Shown here piece by piece: positions 47,501 through 61,200 of a DNA stretch of 64,000 nt (the stretch's first letter is position 1; the number at the start of each line of letters is the position of its first letter). The translations under genes and the position numbers were made by a program. Under the pieces are notes generated by a model, which was not told the origin of the DNA, did not search any database, and was given only the letters and a program-made list of their open reading frames with translations. The DNA is from Octopus sinensis (taxonomy: Eukaryota), in NCBI RefSeq assembly GCF_006345805.1, contig NC_043003.1, positions 95,418,001 to 95,482,000 on the forward strand. Reading direction: 5' to 3'.

Positions 47501-50500
47501 GTATCCCTAAATCTTAGAAAATTTTTTTTATTCTTTATGCTGGTTCCACCAAAGCTTTTTACTCTTTTGTTTCAGTCATTTGACTGCGGCCATGCTGGAG
47601 CACCGCCTTTAGTCGAGCAAATCGACCCCGGGACTTATTCTTTGTAAGCCCAGTACTTATTCTATTGGTCTCTTTTGCCGAACCGCTAAGTGACGGGGAC
47701 ATAAACACACCAGCATCAGTTGTCAAGCAATGCTAGAGGGACAAACATATACACACACATACATATATACGACGGGCTTCTTTCAGTTTCTGTTTACCAA
47801 ATCCACTCACAAGGCTTTGGTCAGCCCAAGGCTATAGCAGAAGACACTTGCCCAAGATGCCACGCAGTGGGACTGAACCCAGAACCATGTGGTTGGTTAG
47901 CAAGCTACTTACCACACAGCCACTCCTGCTGCACAAGAATATTAAAAACAGCTCTGAATGTTATATGGAGAGCTTTTAACCAATGAGCAGTTTTATCAAG
48001 ATCTACCCAAAGTGGCTGAGAAGATTCAGCAGAGAAGAATGAGAATTGCTGATCGTTGCAATGCCTAAACTATGCAAACAATATGCTTCAGGACAGGCAA
48101 ATGTTGATGAATTAAGAACAAGCATGGGGGACCGTGATGGCTGGCATGCTTGCATGAAATCATTGAAGCATCTGGGAGGACAGCCAAACTAAACTAAACT
48201 CTACAATAAAAACTGCTTTCAGTTGATGTCAGGGGTTATGTGAATGGCATGACACCTGCAAGGAAAACTGCTACTAAGCATATAGAATTAAGGTGTATGT
48301 TGGAGGTTTAGCTTTCTCAGAGGCCCATCCAACCTCTACCAGCAGGGAAAGAAATGGCAGTGACAATATACCCAGGAATAAGAAAAAGAAAGATATCACA
48401 ATAATTTGCTACTTTACCCCATCTTTTTTCTTTTGTGGTACTAAAATTATCAGAAATTGTTGCCATTTTCTATTTAAATGTCCAACTCTTGTGCTATTAT
48501 TGTTTGTTATCTCCAAGACAACTTCAATATAAGACATTCCAACCATGATGATTCTATTTTTTATTCAATGTATTTACTACAAATGGTTGGATGTGGTTTG
48601 AAAGAGATTTAGTTACTACTTTTAACAGGCCAACTGATTCATATATAGGATTATTAGCATTTGACCTGCTGTTTAGCCTAGTCAGCCTTGATCAAAGACA
48701 ATTCAGCCATAGCCATTATGCCTTCAGTTATTTCACATCCCTGAACTACAGTATGCAATGTAACCTTTTTATGATGTAAGATGTGAATTGAGGGACATTC
48801 AGCTGCTATTTCTAGCAAGTCAAGTAACCACATTTGTGTTTTTGGTTGCCTCTGTTAGAAAGCTGCTCTAGATAGTTTAGGTTAGAGCTTAACTATCTGT
48901 CTGGGGAAGAAAGGTGTGACATTACCTATTGTGTCACTAGGATCTGTAAAATAATTACTAGTAATATGTTCAAGCCATTCATTCTATTTTGATGCCACCC
49001 CTCACCGCCTATCCTACATGTACATACACACCTTTTACTAAAGTTAAGGTAAAATAACCAAAATAAAGAGAGAAAGACTGTTCGTATTTAGACCATAAGT
49101 TTGAATTATCTACACCACTGAAGGCTATTAGGTTGATTTCTTTTGAATCTAATTTAACAAGCTTTCGTAGTAAATAAATCATTGATCTCCCTGGAAAAAT
49201 TACTAGTGGGGACACAGGCATCTTATCCAAGAGGATCGTGTCACTAAAAATATGTACTGATCCTTGTGGGCTTTATCAGAATGGCCTTGTTCTTAGGTTA
49301 AAGAAAACAGGAATGTTATTGTGAAGATCAGTTGATCCCTCAAATGAAAATGTCACATTTTTAATATAAAAATGTACCTGGGAATAGATTTTACAGGAAT
49401 GGAATAAGTATGGTCCATTGAATGAGAAGTATCTAATTCAGCTTGTTTATGAAGAAAAACGAAAAGATGCCTTTATAATTTTATTTTTTATAAACTAGAA
49501 TTAAAGACCTAATATATGCATTGGTGTTGTTTTAATATTAGATTGGTTTCAATTATATTTCAATTTCTTTTACAGCTCAAAGACTGAACGAAATGCAGTA
49601 TTTAAGTCACTTTGCAGCCAAGCAAGTAGACTTATTAGACACAGAGTGAGTATAAAAATTAGCACGTGTATTTCTAATTAGAGTTGTAGTAATCTTATAA
49701 AGAAAATCAACTAGTTTGACACCATTATTTTTTATTGATTTTCAGTTCCACTTAAACCATTCCCACCCTCTTTTTTATAATGTGAGTTACTGTGTACCTT
49801 CACTATATCAAGAAACCTGTTCTGGACCCCTTTCTTTCATTTAAACCCCTCATCTCATAGCAGAAAGCCACCACTTCCTTCTCTACTGTAGCCACATTTA
49901 TTCTACGGGCTGCATGCTGATCTCACTTGAAAAAAGCACCCAATACATACTGTAAAGTGGTTGGTTTTAGAAAGGGCATCCTATCTTAGAAACCTTGCCA
50001 ATGCAAATATTAGAGCACAATGCAGTCTTTAGACCTGTCAGGTCTTGTCAAACAGTCCGACCCTTGCTGGCATGGCACATGGGTGTTTGACAATGATAGA
50101 GATGTCTAACTTTGCTACAAAAATTTTAATACAATGCAAAATAAGACATTGATATTGCTGCTATCAATATCTGCTGTTTGTGCACAAGGAATGTATTATT
50201 AATAAATATGGTTGAATCTTCCTTCACTTTGCTTGTGTCAAACTCTGATTTTGAAATATTTGAAATCAACGTTATTTTACTATCCACTTTTCCATGTTTG
50301 CATGGCTCAGATGGAATTTAGAAACAGATTTTCTACCACTGGATACCCTTTCTGCCACCAGCCCTTACCTGTTTCCATATAAGGTAGTATTTCCCCATGG
50401 CTAGAAATATTTTTACTGGAAACTGGAAACACAGCATTCTACTTAAATGCCAGTAGCATTTGTTTACAAATATCTCATGATGTGAAGACGAGGAAACACA

Positions 50501-52820
50501 AACTCACACACATATATGTATGTACGTACATACACACACACACACACACACAAAATTGGCTTCTTTTAGTTTCTGTCCATCAAATTTAGTCATAAGGCTT
50601 TGGTCAGCTCTGGACTATAGTTGAAAACACTTGTTCAAGGTGCAATGGTATTTGAACCCATAAGCACTTGGTTGTAAAGCAAACTTCTTAACCACACAGC
50701 CATTCCTGCACCTATTCCTGTTCCTCAAAACTTAAGAATTATATCACAATATATGAAAATGGTGCAGTTATCCAGATTTATTATAGAAGAGACAAGTGAA
50801 GTATAATTCTCATACATTTTCTTAATGGCATTAGTAATATAATTGAAGCGAAATGGCTTTGACTGGAAATTGAAGCCACTCTGTAGGTCCAATTCCTTAG
50901 ACAGTTACTTACAGTCACCTCATTCCTTCCCCCCCCCCCATTTCATAATTATTGTGAAGCAGTTCAGAAGACATGGAATATATTGTATGTTGACCTTAAA
51001 ACATGTATTTTCATTTATTTTTAGGAAGCATCAGAAATCATTGAGTATACATTTAATGAATATGCAAATGCAACACAACGCCAAGCACTCTTGGAGGATT
51101 TCTATGGTGCAACTTATAAGTTTTTGAAGGTATTATTGCAATCTCTTCAGTATTTTCAGACTCTCCATTAATAAGCATCATTGCGTCCTTTTAAGTGTAC
51201 GTACCTGAGTCATTCAGAAATCCTTAGTTAAAGGAATAATTCTGTGATTATAATCATTCTTGCTTTACAGTTTGGTTTTTCTTTTCTTTTTTCATTATTG
51301 TTATCAGGGAAAACCATAGAATATCAAAATTGATAAACTGTTGGGCAAAATGCTTCGCAGTGTTGAGTTCCATCCTTATACATTCTGGATCCAAATCTTG
51401 CCATGGTTGACTTCCTCAGGGTTGTTAAAATAAAATTAGTCAAATATAGGAGTAGGGGTGATGTAACTGATTGTCCCTTTCTCCTCCCTAAATGTATGTA
51501 ACCCTGTTACTGTATGATACGCTCTCAGCTTTTACAGGCCTTGTTCTATTTTCATGTTAAGTGAATGAGAGAATTTCTTTCCCTTGAATGAGATGCTAGT
51601 TTTTTTTGGGTTTTTTACAGCTAACTTTGCTTATTGATCTTGCAACCTTCGTGTGATGAGATAAATTGAAATAATGCGGAATGTTATCTGCCCAGAAACA
51701 ATTCCCTCACAGTGGATTTCAAGTCAAAACCTATAATGACTTAGTAGGCTAATAGAATATCTACGTAGCCATTTTACTACTATTAAAATAATGAGAATGT
51801 ATAAAAACAGAAATCTTCGTTGTTTAATGTCCATTTTCCATGGTGGCTTGGATTGGACAGTTTGACTGAGCGCTAAATTATTATCAATCTGTTTTCTGAT
51901 AATTTTCTTTTAATTCAATCACAACTGCTTTTTTATTGGTCTAGAATGATCAGATCACCTGTTTACAAGATATGTTTAATGCATACCCCAAGAAGAAGGA
52001 AACAATTTTGGAAAACATGAAGGAGATTTTAGTTCCTCTCATTGAAAAGTGAGTAGTATTTCAACTCATTTATTTCAAAATATAGAAACTTAAGATAATT
52101 CTAAGATTCATTTTGGTGTTCTCATATTCCCACACCCTCTAATAGACACTATTCCACTGATCTTTCATCGTCATTTAACATCCCTGTTCGACTGTGTTGT
52201 CATGGACTGGATGGTTTTACAAAGTCCCACAAACCCAAGGACTGCATCATGCTCCCCTGTCTACTTTGGTATGGTTCTTATGGCTGGATGCCTTAATACA
52301 AACCTCTATTCAGCATGTACTTGGCGATTTTCTCGTGTCACCAACGGAACATACTGTGTGTGCATGACATAAAAAATCACTTCTACTCATACTCTGTCAG
52401 TGCTAAAACATGTAGAGAAAAAGCACATGGATTTCCATGTAGAGTTTCCATTTATCAAATTGATCGACCCAAGGCTATACTAGAAGACTCTTACCTAAGG
52501 TGTCATGCAACAGGATTGAACTTAAAAACCTCATGGTTGCAAAGTTATTTTCTTAACCACACAACCATACCTACTTCTAATGAAATTTTAACATCTGTCT
52601 GTGTAATAAATCATTATTTTATTAACTGCAGTCATAAGAGTCTGTCTGTACAAATCACTCACATACTATATCTTTTATCTTTTACTTGTTTGTCATTGGA
52701 CTGGCCATACTGCTTTGATGGGTTTAGTCAAATTACTCCAGGACCTGCTTTTTTAAGAAGTGGTACTTATTCTATCGGCCACTTTTATCGAACCACTAAG
52801 TTATGGGGGCACAACACACA

Positions 52821-52874
<54 letters not shown>

Positions 52875-55195
52875 CACGATGGGTTTTTTTCAGTGTCTGT
52901 CTACCAAATCACTCACAAAGCTTTAGTCACTCTGTGGCTGTAGTAGAAGACACTTGCCCAAGGTGCCACACAGTGGGACTAACTCAGAGCCATGTGGTTG
53001 GGAAAGAAGTTTCATATCACACACCCATGCCAGCATATATATATATATATATATGATGGGCTTCTTTCAGTTTCCTCTATCAAATCCCTTCACAAGGCTT
53101 TAGTAGAAAACACTTTTGCCCAAGGTGCCACACAGTGAAATTGAACCCATGGCTGGGATGCAAGCTTCTTAACAGATAGAGCACAATGTTGTCTTTAGAC
53201 CTATCAGATCTTTTCACACTATCCAACCATTGCTGGCATGGCACATGGGTGTTAAATGATGATGATAACAGTTGGAGATAGGGAGTTCTAACTTTGCTAC
53301 TGAACCTGGTGTATTTATATCTCCATGACAAAGCAGTTCAACAAAAGGGACCAATAAAATAAACACCAGGCTTTACAAAAAAAGGTTGGGATGTAAGCTT
53401 CTTAACCATACATCCATGGGCACCTGCCTGTAGCCAGTATAATTTCTTCTAAATGATTTAAAATACTTATTACTTAATACTTCATGACATCTGCTTAATA
53501 TTTGAAGTGTTTTCATTTTTCCAGGAGCATGTTGACGCACTCCATCATCCATCGTCTTTTTTCGGAATATTTCTTATATGCAGAAAAAGCTATGCGAACT
53601 GTAAGTATTGTTCCTTTATAATCAATCAATTCAAATCAGTTTTACTACAATAAACAAACCCTACAAAACAATGATAAACAATTGAATGAACAAATAGGTA
53701 TATTCTTTACTGGAGTCTTCTTGGCTATTTCAGTCAATATATACATCCTTCTTTTTCTCAAGTAGCATTGGTCAGATCTATTTAAGCAGAGTTATGGCAT
53801 GTAGACAGCTAATCAAATAATATGCAACCCATGTTAATTGCTGTGACCATCTGGTCTTTATTGCAGGTCATGCTTTCATAAGATTAAGGACTTAAAACAA
53901 ATGGTCGAATTTATCTGCTACATTTAGCAGGTTGAGTAACTACATAGAAGCCCGCCCCCTTTTTTTTGGTATGTTATCAATGATGGTATCAGCATCCCTC
54001 TCTGTTGCAATCTGTTTCCTCTTCACTTTTTGACTGTTATTTCTAAAATTCTGGTGGTCTCTAATCCAATCATCACAGCATGTACTTGAGTGATCAACAT
54101 AAAATCAACTTTTAATGGATTTTAAGTCAACATGTTCAAATTAAAGACATCTTCCAGTCTTTCTATAGTTGAAATTTATGTCTACCGCTCTCTCTCTCTC
54201 TCTCTCTCTCTAAGCACTAAAGGTTAGTTTAAGCTGTAGCTTTCTTAGTTCTTAGGTTTGAGTTCATGCTCAGCATTGTCCAATAGATACATAGATTTCT
54301 TTTAAAATAAAACTGGTGCATGTTTACCAACTTTCAGTTCAAGAAGAAAATATTTTGATATTCATAGCTTTTTTTTTTATATATATGTCACTTGTACTGC
54401 AGGTGAAATGACTTTAGCTAAGAACTGAAACCTAATTGTGGTACTTACTCTATCAGGAGCTTGCTTCTTACCCTTTATTATTTTTACCCCTGTTTTAAAC
54501 CATAACCGAATATAGGATGTGAAGTTACATCTCTTGAATTCAGCTCCAAACAAACAATTATAATTATGCTTCTATTTGTATGTACTCCATTCTTAAGAAG
54601 TGAACTTCGATATAATGTCCACTTGAGATTTCCTCCTCAGTCTAGAATTTTGATAACTTGAATGTTTCTTGATGTTTGTCCCTTTTTAATCTGATTCTTA
54701 AATATTATTGTTTATATTTTTGTAGGAAATGATAACTGAATTGAGAGAGGGCATTGTAAATATGGTGCATTCCCGAGATGGTGCACGTGTTGCTATGAAA
54801 TGTATATGGTATGGTAACACCAAGGTAAACATGACTTGTGTTCTAAAAGCTTTTGTTGGGTTCTTATTTAGTTGCAGGTTCGCATTTACTCTAAAAGCAT
54901 TACAGGCCATATTTCCACTGTTTGACTCTCATGGAGGGAATGCCTGAGGTTAATTAACCCTTTAACAATTAAACTGATTATATCTGGCCAATATATTCTA
55001 CCTGTTTAATATTCAAACTGACCAGATCCAGCCTTTCACACATGTCTTACAACAATCACATTATTGAGATCTTGAAGCTATGAGATAACAGGTGATTAAT
55101 TCAAAGGCATGTGAATAAATAATTTTTGACAAAGTAGTCTAAATGCTAAAGGGTTAAATAGTGAATTGAAATGTGCCATATTTTTAATCTTTAAG

Positions 55196-55238
<43 letters not shown>

Positions 55239-58200
55239 AAGGCGCAATGGCCCAGTGGTTAGGGCAGCGGACTCGCGGTTTCGATTTTCAGACTGGGCAT
55301 TGCATGTGTTTATTGAGCTAAAACAACTAAAAGCTCCACGAGGCTCTGGCAGGGGGTGGTGGCGACCTCTGTCGTACTCTTTTGCCACAACTTTCTCTCG
55401 CTCTCTCTTCCTGTTTCTTGAGTAACGCTGCGATGGACCAGCATCCCGTCCAGCTGGGGCGGATGATTATTGTTATATATATATATATATATAGTTAATC
55501 CAAACATGAAAGCACAAAAAAACACAACAACGCGAGGACGTGGAACAAATATAGTATTATTGGACGCTCAGGAAAGAAGGAGGGTTTAACGTTTTGAGCG
55601 GAGCTCTTCGTCGGAAACATAGAAGGGAAGACAGAGGGAAAAAAATCGCCGACGGTACACACGCGGTCACATTATATATATATATATATATCTATATATA
55701 TATAAATCATCTCGTGACTTTTAATGAGTTGTTTGAAAGTCATTATGAAATATCATAATCTCTATGTATGTTAGAAAAGGGAAGTGATGTGTGGGTGACT
55801 TAGCTCATAGTATACAGTTGGAAATTATGTTTGCAGCACCTGTGAAATGAAATGCCAGAAACAAAACCCACATCAGAGACTTTACTCTACTTGCACACTT
55901 CAATTCTACAACGCTGTTATTAAAATTAGTGTACAGCATAAGGTGACGAGCTGGCAGAACTGTTAACATGTCAGGCGAAGTGCTTTACTGCATTTCATTT
56001 GTCAAATTTCACCAAAGTCGACTTTGTCTTTTGTCCTTTCCAGGTCGATAAAATAAGTACCAGTTGAGCACTGGGGTCAATGTAATCGACTTAGCTCCTC
56101 TTGCTGGCCTTGTGCCAAAATCTGAAACCAGTATTAATGTAGTGTAAGTTGCCAAGTGTTGGAGTACCATGTTGTGCTTAGAACAGTTTCTTGGCTGTTT
56201 TAACTGAGCTTTTTGGAAGATCTCATTTCAGTATTATAAACTGTTACACTATGCATACATTAGTAAGTTGTACTTTTTCATACTGTCTGTTTACAGTTAC
56301 TGGATATTTTTTTTTTTTGTGTGTGTTGTTTACAAGCCTCCTAATGTTTAGGCCTTGAATTTCTTGAATTATACTATTTAGCTTATAACTATGCTGTATA
56401 TGACAGCCTGATTGGTTTGAGTCAATGTAGGATACCAGACAACCCATGGAAAGGTCAGTAATACTCAATCTATCTGATTGTAAATTGGTGCCATAAGATA
56501 AAGAATACCATATTATTGCACACAGCAACATTACTGTAAAGTTGATGGGTGTTTTGTTAGCTTACATTGTTGACTTTAACTCTTTGCTTGGTATGGGGTG
56601 GGCTCCAACAAACTTACCCTAAACACATTATTTGACATCAGAATTTTGCAGTGATACATCTATAGTCTTTTCTATCTAAAAGACACACAATATTTTAGTC
56701 ATATAGGTTCTCTGTTATGTTCTTCGTATAGTTGTTTGTTTTATTTTTATTTCAGGATCGGAAAGTAATGGTAAAAAGTTTCAAAGGTTTCATATTGAAA
56801 ATGTGCCTGGAAGAATATGCTCACCAGGTGTTGCTGGCTACATTTGATGTTGTCGATGACACAAAGTTACTGTCAAAAGTTATCCTGGATGTGAGTATTG
56901 AATTGCTAGTATCTTATGGATTGAAATCTTTTTTATTGAAAAATAGACCATATCTGGCGTTTTTGCATCTCCCTCTGCCTAAGAAAATCTCTTGAAAATC
57001 AGATATCACCTATTCATTAGGTCTGATTCGAATAGATTTATTATCACTTCTCTTTCATCAATTTACATCACTTTTCCCATGGTGACATATACAGAACAAG
57101 ACTTCTTGAGGCTGTATTTTGTAGTTGGATGCGTTCATTGATGCTAACTCTTTTTTCTCATGCAAGATACATTTTTCTGCATGTCAAACTGCTGAGATGT
57201 GGGACATATTACTTTCTAAATATGAACAGAACGCAAATCGTGTTTAAAATTTATGGCAATTGTTTCATAATTTTGTTGATGTATACATAGATTACATCAT
57301 AACATGTAATCCACTATCTTCAAGTAAAATTTTAAACAGGTAAAATTTCATACTTTGACCTAGCCAAATCAATCATCGGTGGATTTGTCTGAGTTGATAT
57401 TTGAAATTTTACCTGAAGATGGGGGGATTATATGTTATGATGTAATCTATGAATACTGAAATGGCTGTTGTAAATTTTAAATGCCATTTGTGTTCTCTTT
57501 TTATACCAACTCCACACCTGAAAACAACCCAGAATTGGATCTACAGTAGCCTACCAATATTTGATATCTTCATTGTTGTTTACCTTGCTATAAACTCTGT
57601 TATTGTACCTAGCTATTTTTCTGGCATCTTACATTTTGATGTGCCTAGATTCTGTTGAATCCTTATAAGTAATATATATATATATGAGAGAGGCAGTCAG
57701 TAGAGCAACCAATTGAATAAAGTATTTAACTATATTCTTGTTAGTCTTAGTTCAGATTTTAATCAATTATCTAGTTCAACACCTGCTCTATGAGTGTCTT
57801 TAGCAAAATCTAATCTACTTTGCTATAATCAATTAGACCAAGTGTCCCATGTAAAGATAAGTCTTTATCTTGATGTACTGCTTCCTACAACTCTTTTCTT
57901 TGCATAACTTCATTTTTTTTTTAAGTTACCTTCTCGAGTCTTTGCCGACTCATAAGGGCTGTTTTCATGGCACATATATTCCCCACCTGGACGGGACACC
58001 AGTCCATTGCAGGATTACTCATTTTTACCGCCTGAGTGAACTGGAGAAACATGAAAATGGAGTGTTCTGCTCAAGAACACAATGCATTGCCCAGTCCAGA
58101 AATTCATCACCTCCTCCAGTGACCCCTCCTCTCTCAAAATTCCTTGTCTTGCAAGTTACTTGGTGACCTTACTGGTGCTGGTGCCACATAAAAAGCATCC

Positions 58201-61200
58201 AGTCCATACTGTAAAGTAGTTGGCATTTGGAAGGGTATCCAGCTGTAAAAACCATGTTGTAACTGACCTCACCTGTGCTGGTGCCACATAAAAACAACTC
58301 AGTCCAAAAATAAAAGCCTTGCCAATACAGACACAGTGGTCTGGATTAGTCTTCTACCTGACCGACTCCTATCAAATTGTCCAACCCATGCCAGCATGGA
58401 AGGTGGACGTTAAATGGTGATGATGATTTCTCCTTGTAGAAGCAGTGGGAGGAATGAACTTGAAACCATATGGTTGCAGAACAAACTTCTTAACCACACA
58501 GCCATGCCTCCACCAGTTACATCATGGAAGAATTGCGAAATGTCTTGAAAATACACCATTATCTTCATTTCTGTTTATTTCTTTTCTCAGGAAATTATAA
58601 AATCTCTGAAAGAAGTAGCAACAAACTCCTATGGACGAAAGCTTCTGTTGTACTTGCTTGCACCACGTGATCCACTACATTTCCACCCAGATGTTATTAA
58701 AATAATGCGGGAAGGAGATGACAACGAATTCAGGTAATATTTTAAAGACTCTAGATTTTGCGATTACATCATTGTTATAATAGTCTGACAAAGAACCAAA
58801 GTACAAGGTACCTGGCTGTACTCAAGAAGACCTGTATTCCACAGCAGAAGCATTAAGACCGATCCTTCTGGTGGTGTAAAGCACTTGTGGCGGTGCCCTA
58901 TAAAAGTGTCCTTAGAGCATCACATAAAAAGCACACAGCACACTTTGTAAAGTGGTTGGCATTAGGAAGGGCATCCAGCCATAGAAACTGTGCCAAATCA
59001 GACTGGAATCTGGTATAGCCCCCCCCCCCCCCCCCCCCCCCAATTTGCCAGTTCTGGTCACACCGTCCAACCCATGCCAGTATGGACAACGGACATTAAA
59101 TGATGATGATTATGATAACATATGCTACATGCTTTATCACTTTCCAATCCTGCCTCAGAAATGCAACAATGTACAGTTTGTTTTTAGTAACATTTATTAA
59201 CATTGGTCGATAAATTAAGTACCAGTTGCATACTGGGGTTGATCTAATCAACTGACCCCCCCCTCCCCAAATATTTCGGGCTTTGTGTCTAGAGTAGAAA
59301 GACTATTTGTCATTTACAACCATTTGATGAAGATTAACATGTGCATGGTATAATCATTACAATTTGAATAGATTAACCAGAAAGAAAAATATTGTGAATA
59401 TATAATGAAAAGTAGTGTGGTAAGAAGCTTGCTTCCCAACCACATGGTTCCAGGTTCAGTCCCCTTGGGCGTCTTCTACTATAGCCTCAGGTTAACCAAC
59501 ACCTTGTGAGTAGATTTGGTAGACGGAAAATGAAAGAAGCTCATTGTATGTGTGTGTGTGTGTTTATGTCACTGTAATCAAGCGGTTTGGCAAAAGAAAC
59601 CAATAGAATAAGTACTAGGCTTACAAATAATAAGTCTTGAGGTCAATTTCTTTAACTAAAACCCTTTAAGGCAGTGTTCTAGCAAATAATTGAAAGAGAA
59701 CCCTTAATAAGTAGGACTGGCATGTAAAAAGCACCCACTATGCTCTTGGAGTGGTTGGCATTAGGAAGAGCATCTAGCTGTAGAATCTGTGCCAAATCAG
59801 ATTGGAACCTGGTGCAGCTCCCCAGTTTTCAGTCAAACCGTCCAACCCATGCCAGCATGGAAAGCAGACGTTAAATGATGATGAAAGGGTTGCATAAATG
59901 TGTTTGTGCTAAACAGGTGAAAAACTAAAAACAAAAATCTTTTAAGGGTAATATTTATGCTTATTTTCATTTTAAGTACAAAAACTATAATAATTGTTAG
60001 TATCTCATATAATAAAATTTATGATCTCTTCTGGGAAAAGAGTCATAGGATATTTGCTTTCCCTTGCATCCAGTGTGAGCATAAATTCATTTGAAATTTC
60101 CATTTCCTTGTGGTTAAACAAATGTGCAAATAAAGAAAAATCAGCTCACTTTTTCCATCCAGAGCTAGTTAAAGCACCTCTTTTTTCTGTGAATCTAAAA
60201 CATCATCATAATCCTCCTGATCATCATCATTTAGCGTCCGTTTTCCATGCTAGCATGGGTTGAACAGTTCAACTGGGGTCTGTGAAGCTGGAAGGCTTCA
60301 TCAGGCCCAGTCAGATCTGGCAGTGTTTCTACGGCTGGATGCCCTTCCTAATGCCAACCACTCCGTGAGTGTAGTGGGTGCTTTTTACGTGCCACCCGCA
60401 CAGGTGCCAGATGAGGCTGGCAAACAGCCATGAACGGATGGTGCTTTTACGTGTCAGAAAATCAGAAAGAATTCCATTATTGTGTAAGTCTTCCATTTGA
60501 TACTTGATTTCTTTCTTAAGGTTGCTCACACTTAAGTGCATTCGACAAAGTAGATGCTCAGGTTGATGTCTGCTGTTCTTTAATGAAACATCAATTAATG
60601 ATGTCAGCTATCTAACCCTTTAGTATTCAGATTACTCTGTCAAATATAATGCTTATTTATTCATATTGTTTCAAATTAATCCTGCTTTATTTTGTAGTTT
60701 TGAGATTTCAATGACGTGATTGTTTATTTTTAGAGTGACATTGTAGGGTATGTTTGAGAGGTTGGACATGATCAGTTTGAACATAAAACAGGTAGAATAT
60801 TAGGGCTGGATATGGTCGGTGTAAAAGATTAAATTATTTGCTAATGTTTGTTCTTTGCAATATTTCAGCAAAAAGGATTCACTTATTCGGCATTCTGAAT
60901 TATTGAATGCTATCTCAAAACCATTATTGAAACATGTGACAGAAAATACTAAAGAGCTGGTCAGTGACAACAACAGCCTTCTATTTCTTGTCAGCATCAT
61001 CACGCATGCTAAAGGTAAGTAATTATAAGATATTAAGAACATGATTTTGTTTTTATGCTTTAAACTGTGAGGCTTAAATTTTGCAAGTCAGTTGAACCAT
61101 TAAGGTTTAGCACTGTCTGCTTTTTCCTATATTTCGTCTTTTCATTTAACTCTGAGTCGATGTATCTGCCTAAATAACTACCATGTGTAGGTACAGCTAA

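Noticed and set aside
52315-52926. 203-aa ORF, the second longest in the track
   Set aside because: A patchwork of antisense SINE fragments and a TA tract inside PUM3 intron 9; no domain signature.
59019-59041. (C)23 run as a G-quadruplex element
   Set aside because: A slippage expansion inside a repeat copy; homopolymer length is unreliable and nothing suggests function.
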